NCBI GenBank assembly: GCA_963823655.1
Contig: CAWGMK010000007.1
Span: 225,908-289,907, forward strand
Direction: 5' to 3'
DNA: 64,000 bases
Source of the DNA: an uncultured Bacillota bacterium
GTDB lineage: Bacteria; Bacillota; DTU025; MWDF01
Part shown: in pieces, positions 60,600 through 64,000 of the stretch
Position numbering within the stretch: position 1 is the first letter of the stretch
How the letters are laid out: every line of letters starts with the position of its first letter
The notes under the pieces: model-generated
Database searches by the model: none
What the model saw: only the letters and a program-made list of their open reading frames with translations
What the model was told of the DNA's origin: nothing
Program-made: the position numbers and the translations under genes

Positions 60600-61490
60600 T
60601 TGGGGACTAATCTGCCGGTACTAATACAGCAACTTGTAAACGGCCTGGCGCTGGGAAGCGTATACTCCCTGATAGCACTGGGCTACACTATGGTCTACGG
60701 CATCGTCCGGCTCATCAACTTCGCCCACGGCGACATATTTATGATCGGCGCCTACTATGGCTATTACCTTATCAGAAACTTCAAAATCCCATTTATAGCG
60801 GCGATGCCGCTGGCCATGCTGCTTGCAGCCCTCACAGGCATGATAATCGAGAAGCTGGCCTATAAGCCCCTTAGGAAGGCGCCCAGGATTGCAGCGCTTA
60901 TCACAGCCATAGGCGTGTCGCTGCTTCTTCAGAATTTGGGTTTGAAGCTCTTCCAGGCGCGCCCGAAGCCATTCCCTGAGATTATGGCGATCAAGATCTG
61001 GGATATCGGCGGCGTCATCATCTCCAACATGCAAATAGTAATGTTGGGGACATCCGTCATGCTAATGGTGCTGCTTAGCCTGGTGGTCTACAAGACCAAG
61101 ATCGGCAAGGCGATGCGTGCGGTCTCCTTCGATAAGGACGCTGCAAGGTTGATGGGAATAGACGTCGACACGATAATCAGCGTTACATTCGGGCTCGGCT
61201 CGGCTCTGGCTGCCGCAGCAGGAATTCTGGTCGGTTTCTATTACAACAGGATAATGCCGACCATGGGCACGATGTACGGCCTTAAGGCCTTCGTCGCGGC
61301 AGTCGTCGGCGGCATCGGCATCATCCCCGGCGCAATGGCCGGAGGCATGTTGATGGGACTTTCCGAGGTAATGGTAATCGGTGCCGGATGGTCCACGGTG
61401 AAAGACGCTATAGCCTTCGTAATCCTGATCATAATCCTGTTGGTCAAGCCGTCAGGTCTGTTCGGCAAGGCCGGAAGGGAGAAGGTGTAG
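60600..61490 (+). CDS. livH: branched-chain amino acid ABC permease
   Basis: QQLVNGL.LG..Y.LIALGYTMVYG, NFAHG and KAFVAAVVGG motifs. Confidence 0.92.
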   Translation: MGTNLPVLIQQLVNGLALGSVYSLIALGYTMVYGIVRLINFAHGDIFMIGAYYGYYLIRNFKIPFIAAMPLAMLLAALTGMIIEKLAYKPLRKAPRIAALITAIGVSLLLQNLGLKLFQARPKPFPEIMAIKIWDIGGVIISNMQIVMLGTSVMLMVLLSLVVYKTKIGKAMRAVSFDKDAARLMGIDVDTIISVTFGLGSALAAAAGILVGFYYNRIMPTMGTMYGLKAFVAAVVGGIGIIPGAMAGGMLMGLSEVMVIGAGWSTVKDAIAFVILIIILLVKPSGLFGKAGREKV

Positions 61491-61493
61491 GAC

Positions 61494-63275
61494 ATGGCTG
61501 TAGCTAAAGATTTGCTTAAAGGCTTTGTATCCAGGCTGGACAGGAAGCGCGTACTAAGGAGCTCGCTTCTTCTTCTGTCCACCTTGCTGCTTTACTTCGC
61601 AATACAGTATCTTAGCAACATCGGCTTTATAAACGCCTATTACATGCAGATACTAAACTGGGTCGGCATTAACATGATAATGGGCGTAAGCCTTAACCTG
61701 ATAAACGGGATCACCGGCCAGTTCTCGCTGGGTCATGCGGGGTTCATGGCGATAGGCGCTTATGTATCCGCATATCTTACCAAGATGCAAGGATTGCCGT
61801 TCTCATTAGCCCTTCTCATGGGAGGCCTGATGGCGGGCTTCGGCGGGCTTATAGTAGGCGTGCCCACACTGAGGCTCAAAGGCGATTACCTTGCGATTGC
61901 GACTCTGGGCTTCGGCGAAATCATCAGGGTCATCATAATCAACCTTGAAGTGGTGGGAGGGCCCAGGGGCATCCCCGGCATCCCGCAGTACACCACATTC
62001 CTTTGGGTGTTCGCCATGGTGGTGTTCACAATCTTCTTCATATCCAACCTCGGCAATTCCAGGCACGGCCGAGCCCTCATCGCAATTAGGGAGGATGAGA
62101 CGGCGGCCGATACCATGGGAATTGACACGACCAAGTTCAAGATAACCGCTTTCGTGATAGGGTCGATGTTCGCAGGTCTTGCAGGAGGCCTTTACGCCCA
62201 CCGCCTTACCTACATAGACCCCAGCCAGTTCGACTTCATGAAATCCATAGAATCCCTTGTCATCATAGTATTGGGCGGCCTTGGCAGCATCACGGGCGCG
62301 GTGATCGCAGCAGTCGTGGTCACTTTCCTGCCGGAGCTTCTAAGAGGCGTTGCCGAATACCGGATGATAATATATTCGCTTATGCTCATCCTCATAATGC
62401 TGTTCAGGCAGAAGGGATTGCTGGGCACCAAGGAGTTCAGCTTCGAGATGCTTGGCCTAGGGGATAAACGGCACAAAGCTGGAGATGAGAAGTCCAAGGG
62501 CGAAGCGCCTCCCGTGCTGGAGACGAAGAAGCTGACGAAGCTGTTCGGCGGCGTCCAGGCGGCTAAGGACTTCGAGATAACTCTCAAACAGGGCGAGCTG
62601 GTCGGCCTTATCGGGCCCAACGGCGCGGGCAAGACAACAGTGTTCAACCTGCTGACCGGGCTTGCGGAACCTACATCCGGGCATATCTGGTTCAACGGCG
62701 AGCGCATAGACGGAAAGCTGCCTTATGAGATTACTTCCATGGGCATTGCCAGGACATTCCAGAACATCAGACTTTTCAATAACCTGACAGTGCTGGAGAA
62801 TGTAAAGACGGCATTCCACAGCAAGCACACTTACTCGATGTTCGACGCCATAACAAGGCTAGGCTCCTACAGGCGCACTGAGGAGGCGGTCGTCGACAAG
62901 TCGATGAGGCTATTGGCCCTCTTCGGACTGGACGGCAAGGCATATGAGATAGCAAGCTCACTTCCCTACGGAATGCAAAGAAGGCTGGAGATCGCAAGAG
63001 CGCTCGCGACCGGCCCGAAACTGCTTCTTCTGGATGAGCCGGCAGCAGGCATGAACCCGCAGGAGACGAAGGACCTGCAGGAGCTCATTTACTGGCTCAG
63101 GGATCGCTTCGGGCTCACCATACTGCTGATCGAGCACGACATGAGCCTGGTCATGAACCTCTGCGAGAGGATTGTGGTCCTCGACTACGGCGAAACGATA
63201 GCCGAGGGCAAACCAGACGAGATCAGGCACAACAAGCGCGTAATCGAGGCCTATCTCGGAGAGGAGGCGTGCTAG
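61494..63275 (+). CDS. fused LivM permease-LivG ATPase
   Basis: N-terminal GQFSLGHAGF and LRLKGDYLAIATL. C-terminal GPNGAGKTT, LPYG and DEPAAG, all in one ORF. Confidence 0.88.
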   Translation: MAVAKDLLKGFVSRLDRKRVLRSSLLLLSTLLLYFAIQYLSNIGFINAYYMQILNWVGINMIMGVSLNLINGITGQFSLGHAGFMAIGAYVSAYLTKMQGLPFSLALLMGGLMAGFGGLIVGVPTLRLKGDYLAIATLGFGEIIRVIIINLEVVGGPRGIPGIPQYTTFLWVFAMVVFTIFFISNLGNSRHGRALIAIREDETAADTMGIDTTKFKITAFVIGSMFAGLAGGLYAHRLTYIDPSQFDFMKSIESLVIIVLGGLGSITGAVIAAVVVTFLPELLRGVAEYRMIIYSLMLILIMLFRQKGLLGTKEFSFEMLGLGDKRHKAGDEKSKGEAPPVLETKKLTKLFGGVQAAKDFEITLKQGELVGLIGPNGAGKTTVFNLLTGLAEPTSGHIWFNGERIDGKLPYEITSMGIARTFQNIRLFNNLTVLENVKTAFHSKHTYSMFDAITRLGSYRRTEEAVVDKSMRLLALFGLDGKAYEIASSLPYGMQRRLEIARALATGPKLLLLDEPAAGMNPQETKDLQELIYWLRDRFGLTILLIEHDMSLVMNLCERIVVLDYGETIAEGKPDEIRHNKRVIEAYLGEEAC

Positions 63276-64000
63276 ATGCAGATGCTTAAGGTAGAGAACC
63301 TCAACGTTCATTACGGAGCAATCCACGCTATCAAGGGCGTCTCCTTCGACGTCGCAAAAGGCGAGATAGTGACGCTTATCGGTGCCAACGGCGCAGGCAA
63401 GAGCACGATACTTAGAGCCGTCTCCGGGCTCGTAAAGCCTTCCGGCGGCAGCATCACCTATACGAGGGAAGAGGGGCAGGAACCCAAGGACCTTACCAAG
63501 ATACCCGCCCACAAGCTCGTAAACTTCGGGATTTCGCATGTTCCCGAAGGAAGGCGCATCTTCGCGAACCTTTCCGTTGCCGACAACCTTGAGTTGGGTG
63601 CATATCACAGGAAGGACAAGGCGGGAATCGCCGAGGACACCGACTGGGTATTTACGCTGTTTCCGCGCCTTAAGGAACGCAAGAGGCAGGTAGCGGGCAC
63701 CCTGTCCGGCGGCGAACAGCAGATGCTTGCCACCGCAAGGGGGCTTATGTCCAGGCCTGACCTTCTGCTTATGGATGAGCCTTCTATGGGCCTGGCACCG
63801 ATACTGGTGCGCGAGATATTCGACACCGTCGCGCTCATAAACAAAAGAGGCGTGACGATACTCATAGTCGAGCAGAACGCAAATATGGCATTATCGCTGG
63901 CAAACAGGGCGTTCGTGCTTGAAGTGGGAAGCATAGTACTGCAGGGAAGCTCAGCAGAGCTTTCATGCAACGAGAAGGTCAAGGAGGCCTACCTCGGAGG
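63276..64000 (+). CDS. livF: branched-chain amino acid ABC ATPase (3' end just outside window)
   Basis: ATG 63276 starts MQMLKVENLNVHYG, with GANGAGKST, PEGR, LSGGEQQM, DEPS and EAYLG at the window end. Confidence 0.9.
   Translation, partial: MQMLKVENLNVHYGAIHAIKGVSFDVAKGEIVTLIGANGAGKSTILRAVSGLVKPSGGSITYTREEGQEPKDLTKIPAHKLVNFGISHVPEGRRIFANLSVADNLELGAYHRKDKAGIAEDTDWVFTLFPRLKERKRQVAGTLSGGEQQMLATARGLMSRPDLLLMDEPSMGLAPILVREIFDTVALINKRGVTILIVEQNANMALSLANRAFVLEVGSIVLQGSSAELSCNEKVKEAYLG

Noticed and set aside
60300-60600. T-box or riboswitch between livJ and livH
   Set aside because: Hairpins are present, but there is no T-box (AAGGTGGTACC-like) or other recognisable aptamer consensus.
1-64000. 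CRISPR array, tRNA, rRNA, IS or prophage
   Set aside because: No regularly spaced repeats, cloverleafs, rRNA-like tracts, transposase or phage genes recognised by eye.

Overview
About 60 genes from what looks like an anaerobic, peptide- and sugar-fermenting Bacillota (Firmicutes-like) genome, judged from SLH domains, GGAGG Shine-Dalgarno sites and recurrent sigma-H-like promoters. Layout: (1) 0-21 kb: secreted peptidases (M20, C69), an SLH protein, a PQQ-type beta-propeller gene, a GNAT, a nagA/uxaC-like/M24 operon, pfkB, malic enzyme plus two-subunit fumarase, MalY/PatB and a radical SAM gene. (2) About 21.1-39.4 kb: a visibly more AT-rich accessory region with lipoproteins, CotH, an RCC1-repeat lipoprotein, a [FeFe]-hydrogenase-like remnant, a MarR-ArsP-type metal module split by a Dpp/Opp ABC cassette, a cupin and an MFS pump. 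(3) 39.4-55.6 kb: a 16-gene catabolic operon of unknown substrate with a divergent eda. It encodes an OSBS/N-acylamino acid racemase, a DHDPS-like lyase, two Gfo/Idh/MocA enzymes, RpiR, a 2-hydroxyacid dehydrogenase, an orphan PreA, a creatininase, a HAAT ABC transporter, a NagB-like enzyme and a polyferredoxin. (4) 55.7-64 kb: ccdA-thioredoxin, a RocB-like gene and a second HAAT ABC operon. About ten single-base frameshifts split otherwise intact genes and are most likely long-read errors. The best novelty candidates are an in-frame Cys-UGA followed by a bacterial SECIS-like hairpin in the beta-propeller gene (possible new selenoprotein family) and the large catabolic operon. I saw no rRNA, tRNA, CRISPR array, integrase or transposase.
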